Origin: Candidatus Coproplasma sp.
Lineage (GTDB): Bacteria; Bacillota; Clostridia; Christensenellales; Borkfalkiaceae
Reading direction: 5' to 3'
Length of the DNA stretch: 25,245 nucleotides
Assembly (NCBI GenBank): GCA_051887795.1
Contig: JBJFAG010000010.1
Coordinates: 1-25,245, forward strand
The number at the start of each line of letters is the position of its first letter. The first letter of the stretch is position 1. Below, one piece after another: positions 1 to 9,018 of the stretch. The notes beneath the pieces are model-generated. The model was not told the origin of the DNA, searched no databases, and saw only the letters and a program-made list of their open reading frames with translations. A program made the position numbers and the translations under genes.

Positions 1-55
1 ACCCTGCGCTTGAAGCGCTTAATCAAGCCACCGGCTTAGCCGGTGGTACTTGACT
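1..55. mobile_element. Probable terminal hairpin (end) of an IS200/IS605-family element lying mostly left of the window
   Basis: Perfect inverted repeat CCACCGGCT(28-36)/AGCCGGTGG(38-46) followed by TACTTGAC(47-54), plus a second stem GCTTGA(8-13)/TCAAGC(23-28). The layout resembles subterminal TnpA hairpins of clostridial IS200/IS605 ends as I recall them. No transposase is visible in the window. Confidence 0.5.
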
Positions 56-196
56 CACCGTGCCTACCGTAAGGGCTGCGTTTTTTAAATAAGGAAAGAA
101 AAATATCCTGCCTAAGGGGGTGAGCGTAACGGCGTTTTGCTGTAAATTATAGGCTTTGTATTTTTAATTCAGGCTGAACATTAAGTTTAAATTCCC

Positions 197-225
197 TTGT
201 TTTATCGGCCTCACAATGATATACT
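197..225 (+). promoter_or_regulatory. Sigma-A-type promoter of amidohydrolase gene
   Basis: TTGTTT(197-202)-17 nt-TATACT(220-225) with extended -10 TG (217-218). It overlaps the ORF-track start at 216, which supports the ATG at 261 as the real start. Confidence 0.55.
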
Positions 226-260
226 GTTTTAAACAGCCTGAGTTTAAGGGGAATTACACT

Positions 261-1169
261 ATGAAGATAATAGACGCGCATGCGCACGTAGCGCAATATA
301 TAGCAGGGTTTACCTCCCGCGGGGAGCTTAGGGGTATAGGCGGCGGTATGGCTAAGTATGCCGATGGCCAGACCTTCAGAATGATACCCGAGAACATGGG
401 CGACTTTGGCGTTACAGGGGAAAAATTAATAGAGGTAATGGATGAAAACGGCGTGGAAAAGGCCGTGCTGTTGCAGGGGCAGTTTCTGGGTTTTCAAAAC
501 GAATACACCGCACAAGTCATAAAGAAATACCCCGACAGGTTTACGGGTGCGGCAAGCTACGACCCGTTTTGCAATAATGCGGACAGCGTTAAACGCTATC
601 TTTTTAAGGAGTTGAATTATAAAGCGGTTAAGTTTGAAGTTTCAAACGGCTCCGGACTTATGGCCTACCATCCCCCCATAGACTTAAACGGGGAAATAAT
701 GAATAAAGAATACGCCTTTGCCGCAGATAACGGGCTTATCTTCGTAATAGATATAGGCAGACCGCGCAACTGCTGCTGGCAGGTTGATTCGCTTGCGGCG
801 GCAATAAGGAAATATCCGCAGGTGACTTTTGTCGTCCGCCACCTGCTTGCACCGCAGAGGGAGGACGTTGAGCTTTTGCAGACAGCCCTTGAAAAGTTCG
901 CCCTGCCCAACGTCTATTTCGATATAGCCTCGCTTGCAAACAATCAAAAGCCTGAAAGCTATCCCTATCCCACCGCGGCGGAGCATTTAAGGTCGGCAAA
1001 GCGAATATTGGGTGCAGACAGGCTTATGTTCGGCACCGATATGCCCTGCGCGCTTGCACGTGACTCTTACGCACACCTTAAAGATTATATTACGGAAAGC
1101 GGCGTGTTTACCCCTGCGGAGCTTGACGACGTGTTTTATAATACGGCAAATTCCGTCTACTTTAAATAA
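261..1169 (+). CDS. Metal-dependent amidohydrolase family protein (Amidohydro_2 / LigY-ACMSD-like TIM barrel)
   Basis: N-terminal IIDAHAH metal motif, conserved His in VVRHL, NVYFD and LMFGTD with catalytic Asp. SD-like AAGGGGAA upstream of ATG261 (ORF track starts at 216). Confidence 0.85.
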   Translation: MKIIDAHAHVAQYIAGFTSRGELRGIGGGMAKYADGQTFRMIPENMGDFGVTGEKLIEVMDENGVEKAVLLQGQFLGFQNEYTAQVIKKYPDRFTGAASYDPFCNNADSVKRYLFKELNYKAVKFEVSNGSGLMAYHPPIDLNGEIMNKEYAFAADNGLIFVIDIGRPRNCCWQVDSLAAAIRKYPQVTFVVRHLLAPQREDVELLQTALEKFALPNVYFDIASLANNQKPESYPYPTAAEHLRSAKRILGADRLMFGTDMPCALARDSYAHLKDYITESGVFTPAELDDVFYNTANSVYFK

Positions 1170-1276
1170 TTTCATCACGTTAATTAAGCGGTTAATCTTA
1201 TTATTGTCAATATTGATTTAAGAAGCGCTTAACAGATAAATAAATAATATTTATTTAAATCTTTTGTTCAAAGCTG

Positions 1277-1305
1277 TTGAAATGTTTTAATAAATGTGTT
1301 ATAGT
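1277..1305 (+). promoter_or_regulatory. Sigma-A promoter of uraA-upp
   Basis: TTGAAA(1277-1282)-17 nt-TATAGT(1300-1305) with extended -10 TG at 1297-1298. Confidence 0.65.
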
Positions 1306-1358
1306 ATTTTACGGAAAATCGGTAAACCCCGAAAATTTATACCAAAGAGGGAAATAAC

Positions 1359-2861
1359 ATGAAGTTAATTTACGGCGTTAAGGACAGACCGAGCTTACCC
1401 CGCACGTTGCTGTTCGCACTTCAGCAGTTACTGGCAATCCTTGCCGCAACCATCGCAGTGCCTATGATTATAGGCAACGGCATGTCGCCTTCGGCGGCGC
1501 TGTTCGGCGCAGGCGTCGGCACGCTTGTCTATCTGCTGTTCACAAAATTCAAAAGCCCTGTATTTTTGGGCAGCTCGTTTGCATTCTTAGGCTCCATGGC
1601 GGCAGCTTTCGCGGGCGGCGTAACCGCTTCGCTCGGCTACCTCGGCCTTATCATCGGTGCAATCTTTGCAGGTCTTGTATACGTAATCATTGCAATAATC
1701 GTAAAGTTTGCAGGGGTTAAGTGGATCAACAAGATCATGCCCGCAGTGGTAATAGGCCCCACGGTTGCCATCATAGGTCTTTCGCTTGCAGGCAATGCAG
1801 TCGGCGACCTTACGACGGGCGCCGTAACTAAGGAGATAACCGAGTGGGTTATTCAGTTCAGCGAGGCGGGCGTTCCTTCCCTCGTAGAGCAGACGGCAAG
1901 TCAGGTTGTCGCTTCCCCTTATATCTGCCTTCTGTGCGGTTTAGTAACCCTTGCAGTCACCATGGTCTGCTCGGTATACGGTAAAAAGCTTCTGAAGATG
2001 ATCCCCTTCATAATCGGTATTTTAGCAGGTTATGCAGTTGCGGCAATCTTCACGGGAATCGGCTTTGCGGCCAGCGTTGACTCTCTCAAGATAATCGACT
2101 TCTCCAAGTTCTCATCTATGCAGTGGTACCCCGACTTCGCATTCGTAAAGGCATTCTTCAATGCCGATTACGGTACGACGGATATCGGTGCGTATATCGG
2201 CACGATAGCCATTGCCTATATCCCCGTTGCATTCGTAGTATTTGCAGAGCATATCGCAGACCATAAGAACATCTCTTCCATAATCGAATCCGACCTCTTA
2301 GCCGACCCCGGCCTTACCAGAACGCTGCTCGGTGACGGTATCGGCTCCATGGCGGGTGCATTCTTCGGCGGCTGCCCCAACACTACTTACGGTGAGTCCG
2401 TTGGCTGCGTAGCAATTTCGGGCAACGCTTCAGTAGTAACCATATTGGTTACCGCAGCTATGGCGATCGTGGCAAGCTTCATTGCTCCGTTCGTCACCTT
2501 CCTTGCAACCATTCCTCCCTGCGTAATGGGCGGTGTGTGCATAGCGTTATACGGCTTTATCGCAGTTTCAGGTCTGAAGATGATTCAGAAGGTAGACCTT
2601 GGCGACAACAGAAATCTGTTCGTCGTATCGGTTATCCTCATTGCAGGCGTCGGCGGTCTTTCCCTCACGTTCGGCAAGATTACGATAACCGCGGTTGCTT
2701 GCTCGCTCATCCTCGGTATATTGACCAACGTTTTAGTAAATATCAAGTCAAAGAAGTCTGCAGCCGCAGCTGAAACAACCGAAACGGCTGAAACAACAGA
2801 AACAGTTGAAACGACTGAAACGGCTGAGACGGTAACCGAAGAAACAAAAGGAGATGAATAA
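1359..2861 (+). CDS. uraA: NCS2/NAT-family uracil-xanthine permease (UraA-like)
   Basis: ALQQLLA start motif, [31 protein letters not shown] signature, many TM helices; directly upstream of upp with TAATG overlap. Confidence 0.88.
   Translation: MKLIYGVKDRPSLPRTLLFALQQLLAILAATIAVPMIIGNGMSPSAALFGAGVGTLVYLLFTKFKSPVFLGSSFAFLGSMAAAFAGGVTASLGYLGLIIGAIFAGLVYVIIAIIVKFAGVKWINKIMPAVVIGPTVAIIGLSLAGNAVGDLTTGAVTKEITEWVIQFSEAGVPSLVEQTASQVVASPYICLLCGLVTLAVTMVCSVYGKKLLKMIPFIIGILAGYAVAAIFTGIGFAASVDSLKIIDFSKFSSMQWYPDFAFVKAFFNADYGTTDIGAYIGTIAIAYIPVAFVVFAEHIADHKNISSIIESDLLADPGLTRTLLGDGIGSMAGAFFGGCPNTTYGESVGCVAISGNASVVTILVTAAMAIVASFIAPFVTFLATIPPCVMGGVCIALYGFIAVSGLKMIQKVDLGDNRNLFVVSVILIAGVGGLSLTFGKITITAVACSLILGILTNVLVNIKSKKSAAAAETTETAETTETVETTETAETVTEETKGDE
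2769..2848 (+). repeat. Imperfect 9/18-bp tandem repeat encoding acidic (ETT/ETA/ETV)n tail
   Basis: gctgaaacaacc-gaaacggctgaaacaaca-gaaacagttgaaacgact-gaaacggctgagacggta; protein [26 protein letters not shown]. Confidence 0.8.
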
Positions 2862-3499
2862 TGAAAGAATTTAAGAACGTATTTGTATTCGACCATCCTT
2901 TAATACAGCATAAGGTAGCCATTCTTCGTGATAAAAGGACAAGCATGAAGGAGTTCAGGGAGCTTATTGAGGAAATAACCACCATAATGACCTACGAGAG
3001 CATGCGCGACGTGGAGTTGGTACCCGTTGAGGTAGCGACCCCGTTGGAGGTTACCACCCAGTACAAGGTTGCAGACGACAGCGTGGCAATCGTGCCTATC
3101 CTGCGTGCAGGACTCGGTATGGTAAACGGCGTTCACAAGGTATTCCCCACCGCAAAGGTCGGACATATCGGTATGTACCGTGACGAGGAGACGTTGGAAC
3201 CCCACGAATACTATTGCAAGCTCCCCGCAGATATCGAGCATAAGACGGTATTTTTAATCGACCCCATGCTTGCAACGGGCGGCTCTGCATGCGACGCAAT
3301 AGCTGCTTTGAAACAGCGCGGCTGCAAAAAGATTAAGTTCATGGCGATAATCGCCGCACCTGTTGGCGTTGAAAAGGTGGCTTCAACCCACCCCGACGTA
3401 CCCGTATACATCTCCACTCTGGACAGATGTCTCAACGAAAACGGCTACATTCTCCCCGGCCTCGGCGATGCGGGCGACAGGCTTTTCGGAACCAAGTAA
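2861..3499 (+). CDS. upp: Uracil phosphoribosyltransferase
   Basis: [28 protein letters not shown] (PRPP-binding) and [17 protein letters not shown] signatures. Confidence 0.97.
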   Translation: MKEFKNVFVFDHPLIQHKVAILRDKRTSMKEFRELIEEITTIMTYESMRDVELVPVEVATPLEVTTQYKVADDSVAIVPILRAGLGMVNGVHKVFPTAKVGHIGMYRDEETLEPHEYYCKLPADIEHKTVFLIDPMLATGGSACDAIAALKQRGCKKIKFMAIIAAPVGVEKVASTHPDVPVYISTLDRCLNENGYILPGLGDAGDRLFGTK

Positions 3500-3517
3500 A
3501 ACTGTTTATATCTACAG

Positions 3518-3548
3518 AAAAAACACGGTTGAAAGACCGTGTTTTTTT
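3518..3548. terminator. Intrinsic (likely bidirectional) terminator after upp
   Basis: AAAAAACACGGT-tgaaag-ACCGTGTTTTTT stem-loop with flanking A and T tracts. Confidence 0.85.
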
Positions 3549-3610
3549 ATGTGTTGAGATAATTTTAACGATAACTGTCAATAAATAATCGGCATACGCC
3601 GTATATTTCC

Positions 3611-3640
3611 TTGCTATGAATATATAAATTATGGTATTAT
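3611..3640 (+). promoter_or_regulatory. Probable sigma-A promoter upstream of signalling operon
   Basis: TTGCTA(3611-3616)-18 nt-TATTAT(3635-3640) with extended -10 TG (3632-3633). Confidence 0.5.
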
Positions 3641-3669
3641 GTTGTGGAGGTAGATAAATTATTGTCTTG

Positions 3670-3707
3670 AAGGGGAGCCGAAATTTGTCAATTCGGGCTC
3701 CTCTTTT
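3670..3707 (+). terminator. Terminator-like hairpin inside the leader of the signalling operon
   Basis: AAGGGGAGCCGAA-atttgtcaa-TTCGGGCTCCTCTT followed by TT; T-tract on + strand only; lies 39 nt before the lipoprotein ATG. Confidence 0.6.
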
Positions 3708-3745
3708 GTATTAAATAAAGTTTTTAAGGAAACATACGAGAGAGA

Positions 3746-5617
3746 ATGAAGAAAAGACTGATTGCAATTTTATTGTCGTTTTGCGCTCTTTTGGGTGCGG
3801 CGTTTGCTTTTGCGGGCTGTAAGAACGAGAAAACGAGGATAGAAATGTATCTTTGGGATAAGTCTATGACAAAGACGCTTACGCCCTGGTTAGAGGAGCA
3901 GTTCCCAGAATACGAGTTCAACTTTGTAGTAGGCTATAACTCTATGGATTACTACACCGACCTTGCCCAAAGGGGCGGGGATATGCCCGATATAATCACG
4001 TGCAGACGCTTTTCCATTAACGATGCGGCGCACCTTTCCGACCGACTTATGAACCTGAACAACACGGAAATAGTCGGCACCTTTTACAGCAGCTATATAG
4101 GCAACAACAGGGAGACGGACGGCGGCATACGTTGGCTGCCCATGTGCGCCGAGGTGGACGGCTATATTGCAAACCTGGATCTGTTTGAGGATAACGGTAT
4201 TAAGGTCCCCGAAAATTATGCAGAGTTCAAAGTGGCCTTAGCCGCCTTTGAGGAGAAGGGAATAAGGGGCTTTGCAGGTGATTGGGGCAACGACTACGCC
4301 TGCCTTGAATTGCTGCAGGGCAATTCCATTCCCCTTCTTATGAGCAGGGAAGGTAAGAGCTGGCGTATGAAGTACGAAAGCGAAACGGACGAAAACCCCG
4401 TGGGGCTTGACGAGGCGGTATGGCCGCAGGTCTTTGAAAGGTTTGAAAGCTATCTGAATGACGTCAGCTACAAAAAGGAAGATTACGGCAACAGCTCCCA
4501 ATCGTATGCGTTCCTCTCAGGACAGCTTGCGATAATGAGGGGTACGGCAACCGACTGCGCCGCAGCCAATGCGGAGGGCATGAACTGCGTTATGCTCCCC
4601 TACTTCGGAGAGACGGAGAGCGAAAATTGGGTGCTTACGTACCCCATGTGTCAGCTTGCAGTGGCAAAGCACGTCGGGGAGGACGCCGTCAGGAAGAAGG
4701 CCGTCATACGGGTGCTTAATAAGATCTTCAGCGAGGAAGGGCAGAGCAAGCTCTCTTCAGGCAGCTCGGTGCTTTCGTATAACAAGGATATAGACTTAGA
4801 GATGGGCAAACCCTTTGAGAGAATTTCGGACTGTGTAGAGAGCAACCGCCTCTATATGAGGCTTGCCTCTGAAGAGTTTTTCTCCATATCCAAAAGCGTA
4901 GTGAGAAAGATGTTAAACGGATACGTCGGCTACAACGGCAGTACGTACGGTGCGGTTGACGCATATGCTGATTTCAACGCTCAACTTACGGCAGAAAAGC
5001 AGCCCGCCGAAGAGGACGTTATAATCACTCAGGCAAACGCTTACTCCTTAGATTTCGGCAAACACGGTATCGAAGCGGCGTCGTCCGTCATGAACACTAT
5101 GCGCCGTGGCAGCGAATGTGAAATTGCGATAGGTTATTCCCCCATTGTAAGCGCTCCCGTATTTGCGGGGGACTACACTAAACAGCAGTTAACCTGGCTA
5201 TTGACGGCCAAGACTGCGGGATATACTGCCGAATACACGGGCGAAGAGATAATAAGCTATATGGACTGGCTTATCAACGTTAAAGAGGACGGCTCCAACC
5301 CCGTCCGCCACTTTAACATGCTGCCCGTAACGAGCGGTATGGAATATTCGGTTAAGGACAACGGTGGGGGAGAATACACCCTCCTGAACGTAAACGTAGG
5401 CGGTCAGCCCATTGAAGAGGACAGGGTATATAAGGTATTTCTTCTGGGTGACGACGGGTATATTACAGACGCCGTCTACTGCAATTGCCCCATGCCCGCA
5501 CAGCTAAAGGCTAAACGCACTGTATTGAGCGGAAAGAACGTAGATATTTTACTGGGCTGTTTAAACGTCACCTCTCAGCTTTTAGAAGCTGAAAGCTACG
5601 TTACGGTAACAAAATAA
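3746..5617 (+). CDS. Extracellular solute-binding lipoprotein (sugar-SBP-like) with C-terminal 5'-nucleotidase C-like domain
   Basis: Signal peptide MKKRLIAILL...FAFAG-C (lipobox). GGDMPDII and NLDLFEDNGIKVPENYAEF are typical of family 1 SBPs. The C-terminal ~200 aa follow the 5'-NT C pattern (M...EIAI...AGDYT..QL...YTGEEII...LPVTSGMEY...VGGQPIEEDRVYKV). Confidence 0.75.
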   Translation: MKKRLIAILLSFCALLGAAFAFAGCKNEKTRIEMYLWDKSMTKTLTPWLEEQFPEYEFNFVVGYNSMDYYTDLAQRGGDMPDIITCRRFSINDAAHLSDRLMNLNNTEIVGTFYSSYIGNNRETDGGIRWLPMCAEVDGYIANLDLFEDNGIKVPENYAEFKVALAAFEEKGIRGFAGDWGNDYACLELLQGNSIPLLMSREGKSWRMKYESETDENPVGLDEAVWPQVFERFESYLNDVSYKKEDYGNSSQSYAFLSGQLAIMRGTATDCAAANAEGMNCVMLPYFGETESENWVLTYPMCQLAVAKHVGEDAVRKKAVIRVLNKIFSEEGQSKLSSGSSVLSYNKDIDLEMGKPFERISDCVESNRLYMRLASEEFFSISKSVVRKMLNGYVGYNGSTYGAVDAYADFNAQLTAEKQPAEEDVIITQANAYSLDFGKHGIEAASSVMNTMRRGSECEIAIGYSPIVSAPVFAGDYTKQQLTWLLTAKTAGYTAEYTGEEIISYMDWLINVKEDGSNPVRHFNMLPVTSGMEYSVKDNGGGEYTLLNVNVGGQPIEEDRVYKVFLLGDDGYITDAVYCNCPMPAQLKAKRTVLSGKNVDILLGCLNVTSQLLEAESYVTVTK

Positions 5618-5641
5618 AAAATTAATTAAGGAGGGCGGTTT

Positions 5642-8560
5642 GTGAAGAGAAAAATAATTGCCGTCGTCACGGCGCTGGTTCTCGCATTGGGCATATTAAT
5701 ACCGTGTCATTTCTATTTCAAATTCGTCAACGCTACCATATATGATGAAAGCACCGCCCACCTCACCGAGATATACCGCCAGGCCAACCAGTCGTTAAAC
5801 AGCTTTATCGGCAGCACCTGGAGTTCGCTGCACGCCTGGGAACCCTATTTAAGGGAGACGGCGGACGACGATAAAAAGGCGGGTTACGTTCAGGACTTAA
5901 AGGAAGATAATAATTTTACAGAATTTTATTTCATCTCCCAGGACGGCAACTATATAACCGTTGAGGGGAAGAACGGCTACTTAGACCTTAAGGAAAAGCT
6001 TGACGAGCTTGTTGATAAAAAGCAGGACGTTGCAATTTATTCGGTTGTACCCGGCAAGCCTGAAATTATTTTATTCGCAGTCCCGGCATCGGGCAGTTTT
6101 TCCGCCGTTTCAGGGGGGCCGTTTGAATATAGCGCAATAGCCGTAAGCTTTGACAACGCCGATTTAATTCAGTCGTTCAGGCTGCATGCCTACGAGGGGA
6201 CGGCGGGCAGCTTTGTCGTGCATAGCGACGGCAGGGTTTTGGTCGATAACTCCCCCGAAGATATGCGTGAAATGCATAACTTTTTGGCGACGCTGAGGAA
6301 TAATACCGACTTAGACGAGGACAAGATTGCTTCGATCCAGAGCGATTTTGTCGACGGCAAATCGGGCAGCGCTTCCTTTGATATGGACGGGGTAAGCTAC
6401 TATCTCGTCTACCAGGCGACGGGGTATGAGGACTGGATGCTGTTGGGGTTAGTACCCACGTCTGTAGTCAATTCAAATATGCACAGTCTGCAGACAAGCT
6501 CCCTGCTCTTAATAATGGCCATATCCGTCATTCTCATCATCGCACTCGTTGCGCTGATCGTCTGGCGCTACCGCCACAACCTCAAGGAAAAGGACAGCGA
6601 GCTTAAGTACAGAGAGGAGCTGTTTTCAATCCTTTCAAACAATACCGACGACATCTTTATTATGCTCAACGGCAAGGATCTGCACGTCGACTATATAAGC
6701 CCTAATATCGAAAGGCTCGTAGGCATTCCCGAAAGCGATTGCAGGGAAAATATACGCGCGGTGGACAGGCTGGTAAGGGATGACGAAACCGTGCTTGTCC
6801 TGGATAAGCTTGCAGAAATTCCCCCCGGGCAGCAGCAGGATTGGGACAGGGAGTATATCCACCAAAAGACGGGTAACGAGCGTTGGTTCCACGTAGTGGC
6901 GTTCTGCAGAAATTTCTTAAAGCAGAAAAAATATATCCTCTTCCTCTCCGACAGGACCAAGGAAAAGGAGATTAACCAGACTTTAGAGGGGGCGGTTGCC
7001 GCAGCGCAGAGCGCGAATAAGGCAAAGAGTACCTTCTTAAGCAATATGTCCCACGATATCCGTACCCCTATGAACGCCATAATAGGCTTCACCACGCTGG
7101 CGGCTGCGGACGTGGAAAATACCGAAAAGGTGAAGGACTACCTGGCAAAGATACTCTCCTCGGGCAATCACCTGCTCTCGCTTATAAACGACATTTTGGA
7201 TATGAGCAGGATTGAGAGCGGTAAAATAAGCTTAGACGAGAGCGAGGTTAACCTCTCTGAGTTGCTCCACGATATAAAGACTATAATCAGCGGTCAGGTA
7301 CACGCAAAACAGCTCGATCTGTTTATGGACGTCATCGACGTCGTTGACGAGGACGTCTACTGCGATAAGATGAGGATTAACCAGGTTCTGCTCAACCTGC
7401 TTTCAAACGCCATAAAATTCACCGCTCCGGGCGGAACGATTGCGGTCAGGGTTGCGCAGATAGGCGGTGCGCCCGAGGGGAAGGGCAGCTACGAAATCCG
7501 CGTCAAGGATACGGGTATAGGTATGAGCGAGGAGTTCGTCTCTCACATTTTCGAACCCTTTGAAAGGGAGCGCTCCTCTACCGTAAGCCGTATTCAGGGT
7601 ACGGGGCTGGGTATGCCTATAACCAAAAACATAATCGATATGATGGGCGGAACCATTCGGGTACTCTCCGAAAAGGGAGTGGGTACGGAGTTTATTATTA
7701 ACCTCACCCTCCGCCTTCAATCCGAACGCAAAACGGTGGAAAGAATAAAGGAGCTGGAGGGGTTAAAGGCCCTTGTAGTAGACGACGATTTCAACACCTG
7801 CGACAGCGTGACAAAGATGCTTACCCAGGTGGGCATGCGCTCGGAGTGGACGCTTTCGGGCAGGGAGGCCGTTCTCCGCGCAAGGCAGGCGATAGAGCTG
7901 GGCGACGAGTTCCGCGCCTACATAATAGACTGGCGCCTGCCCGATATGAACGGTATCGAAGTTACGAGAAGGATAAGAAGCTTAGGCGACGATACGCCCA
8001 TAATCATTCTCACCGCCTACGATTGGCGGGATATCGAGGAGGAGGCGCTTGCAGCCGGCGTTACCGCTTTTTGCTCCAAGCCTATGTTTATGTCCGATTT
8101 AAGGGAGTCGCTCCTCACCGCATTGGGGCAGTGCAGGGCGGAGAAGGCAAGTGCGGTCTACGATTCGAACGTGCAGTCCTTTAAGGGTAAGAGGGTGTTG
8201 CTCGTAGAGGACAACGAACTCAACAGGGAAATTGCAGGCGAACTGTTAACGGGCTACGGCTTTATCGTCGATATCGCAGAAAACGGCAGACAGGCGGTGG
8301 AAAAAGTGCAGGCATGCGGAGAGCAGGTTTACGACGCAGTGCTTATGGATATACAGATGCCCGTCATGGGCGGCTATGAAGCGACGAGGGAGATACGCAG
8401 CCTGAAGGATAGCAGGCTGGCCTCCATTCCCGTAATAGCCATGACGGCAAACGCCTTTGACGAGGACAGGAAAGAGGCGTTAAGCTGCGGCATGAACGAC
8501 TTTTTATCTAAGCCGATAGATTTGAAAGAATTAGTTGCAACGTTGCGTAATTTATTATAA
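5642..8560 (+). CDS. Hybrid sensor histidine kinase: TM-Cache-like-TM-PAS-HisKA-HATPase-REC-REC
   Basis: GTG start with AGGAGG SD; two TM segments; H-box SHDIRTPMNAIIG; NLLSNAIKF, DTGIGM, GTGLG boxes; two receivers with intact acidic sites (VVDD...IIDWRLP; VED...LMDIQMP). Confidence 0.93.
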   Translation: MKRKIIAVVTALVLALGILIPCHFYFKFVNATIYDESTAHLTEIYRQANQSLNSFIGSTWSSLHAWEPYLRETADDDKKAGYVQDLKEDNNFTEFYFISQDGNYITVEGKNGYLDLKEKLDELVDKKQDVAIYSVVPGKPEIILFAVPASGSFSAVSGGPFEYSAIAVSFDNADLIQSFRLHAYEGTAGSFVVHSDGRVLVDNSPEDMREMHNFLATLRNNTDLDEDKIASIQSDFVDGKSGSASFDMDGVSYYLVYQATGYEDWMLLGLVPTSVVNSNMHSLQTSSLLLIMAISVILIIALVALIVWRYRHNLKEKDSELKYREELFSILSNNTDDIFIMLNGKDLHVDYISPNIERLVGIPESDCRENIRAVDRLVRDDETVLVLDKLAEIPPGQQQDWDREYIHQKTGNERWFHVVAFCRNFLKQKKYILFLSDRTKEKEINQTLEGAVAAAQSANKAKSTFLSNMSHDIRTPMNAIIGFTTLAAADVENTEKVKDYLAKILSSGNHLLSLINDILDMSRIESGKISLDESEVNLSELLHDIKTIISGQVHAKQLDLFMDVIDVVDEDVYCDKMRINQVLLNLLSNAIKFTAPGGTIAVRVAQIGGAPEGKGSYEIRVKDTGIGMSEEFVSHIFEPFERERSSTVSRIQGTGLGMPITKNIIDMMGGTIRVLSEKGVGTEFIINLTLRLQSERKTVERIKELEGLKALVVDDDFNTCDSVTKMLTQVGMRSEWTLSGREAVLRARQAIELGDEFRAYIIDWRLPDMNGIEVTRRIRSLGDDTPIIILTAYDWRDIEEEALAAGVTAFCSKPMFMSDLRESLLTALGQCRAEKASAVYDSNVQSFKGKRVLLVEDNELNREIAGELLTGYGFIVDIAENGRQAVEKVQACGEQVYDAVLMDIQMPVMGGYEATREIRSLKDSRLASIPVIAMTANAFDEDRKEALSCGMNDFLSKPIDLKELVATLRNLL

Positions 8561-8612
8561 AATATAATCGAGCGGGGCAGAACGATACGCCCTTATCGTA
8601 AAGGTGTAAATT

Positions 8613-8975
8613 ATGAATATTGAAGAGTTTTACAAAAAGTTGGGCGGGGACTACAGCGAAGTTTCCGCACGTTTGCCTAGCCTTACCCTCGTTGAAAGGT
8701 TTATCGGTAAATTTTTGCAGGACAAGAGCTTTGAAGACCTTTCTGTAAGCATGAAAATCGGGGACAGAAAGGGTGCGTTCAGCGCCTCCCATACGCTTAA
8801 AGGCGTGTGTGCAAACCTCGGTTTCGGCACTCTGCGCTCCTCCTCTTCCAGGCTGTGTGAAGAGCTTCGGGGCGAGGGCGAAATCATTTCCGATACCGCA
8901 TACATCCTGATGAACGAGGTGGAAAGGGATTATTCGGTAGTCATTCAGACAATAAGCCAATATTTAAAAAAGTAA
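8613..8975 (+). CDS. Stand-alone histidine phosphotransfer (Hpt) protein
   Basis: 120-aa helical protein with AFSASHTLKGVCANLGF Hpt motif. Confidence 0.9.
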   Translation: MNIEEFYKKLGGDYSEVSARLPSLTLVERFIGKFLQDKSFEDLSVSMKIGDRKGAFSASHTLKGVCANLGFGTLRSSSSRLCEELRGEGEIISDTAYILMNEVERDYSVVIQTISQYLKK

Positions 8976-9018
8976 GTTTACATCAGAGAGATATATACCC
9001 CAAAGCAAGGTAAAACAT

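Noticed and set aside
12-22. GAAGCGCTTAA repeated at 12-22 and 1222-1232 as a possible target-site duplication or mobile-element boundary
   Set aside because: A single 11-bp match; IS200/IS605 elements do not make TSDs and the enclosed gene is an ordinary enzyme.
216-260. N-terminal 15-aa extension of the amidohydrolase
   Set aside because: ATG216 overlaps the predicted -10 element; ATG261 has an SD and gives the family-typical MKIIDAHAH start.
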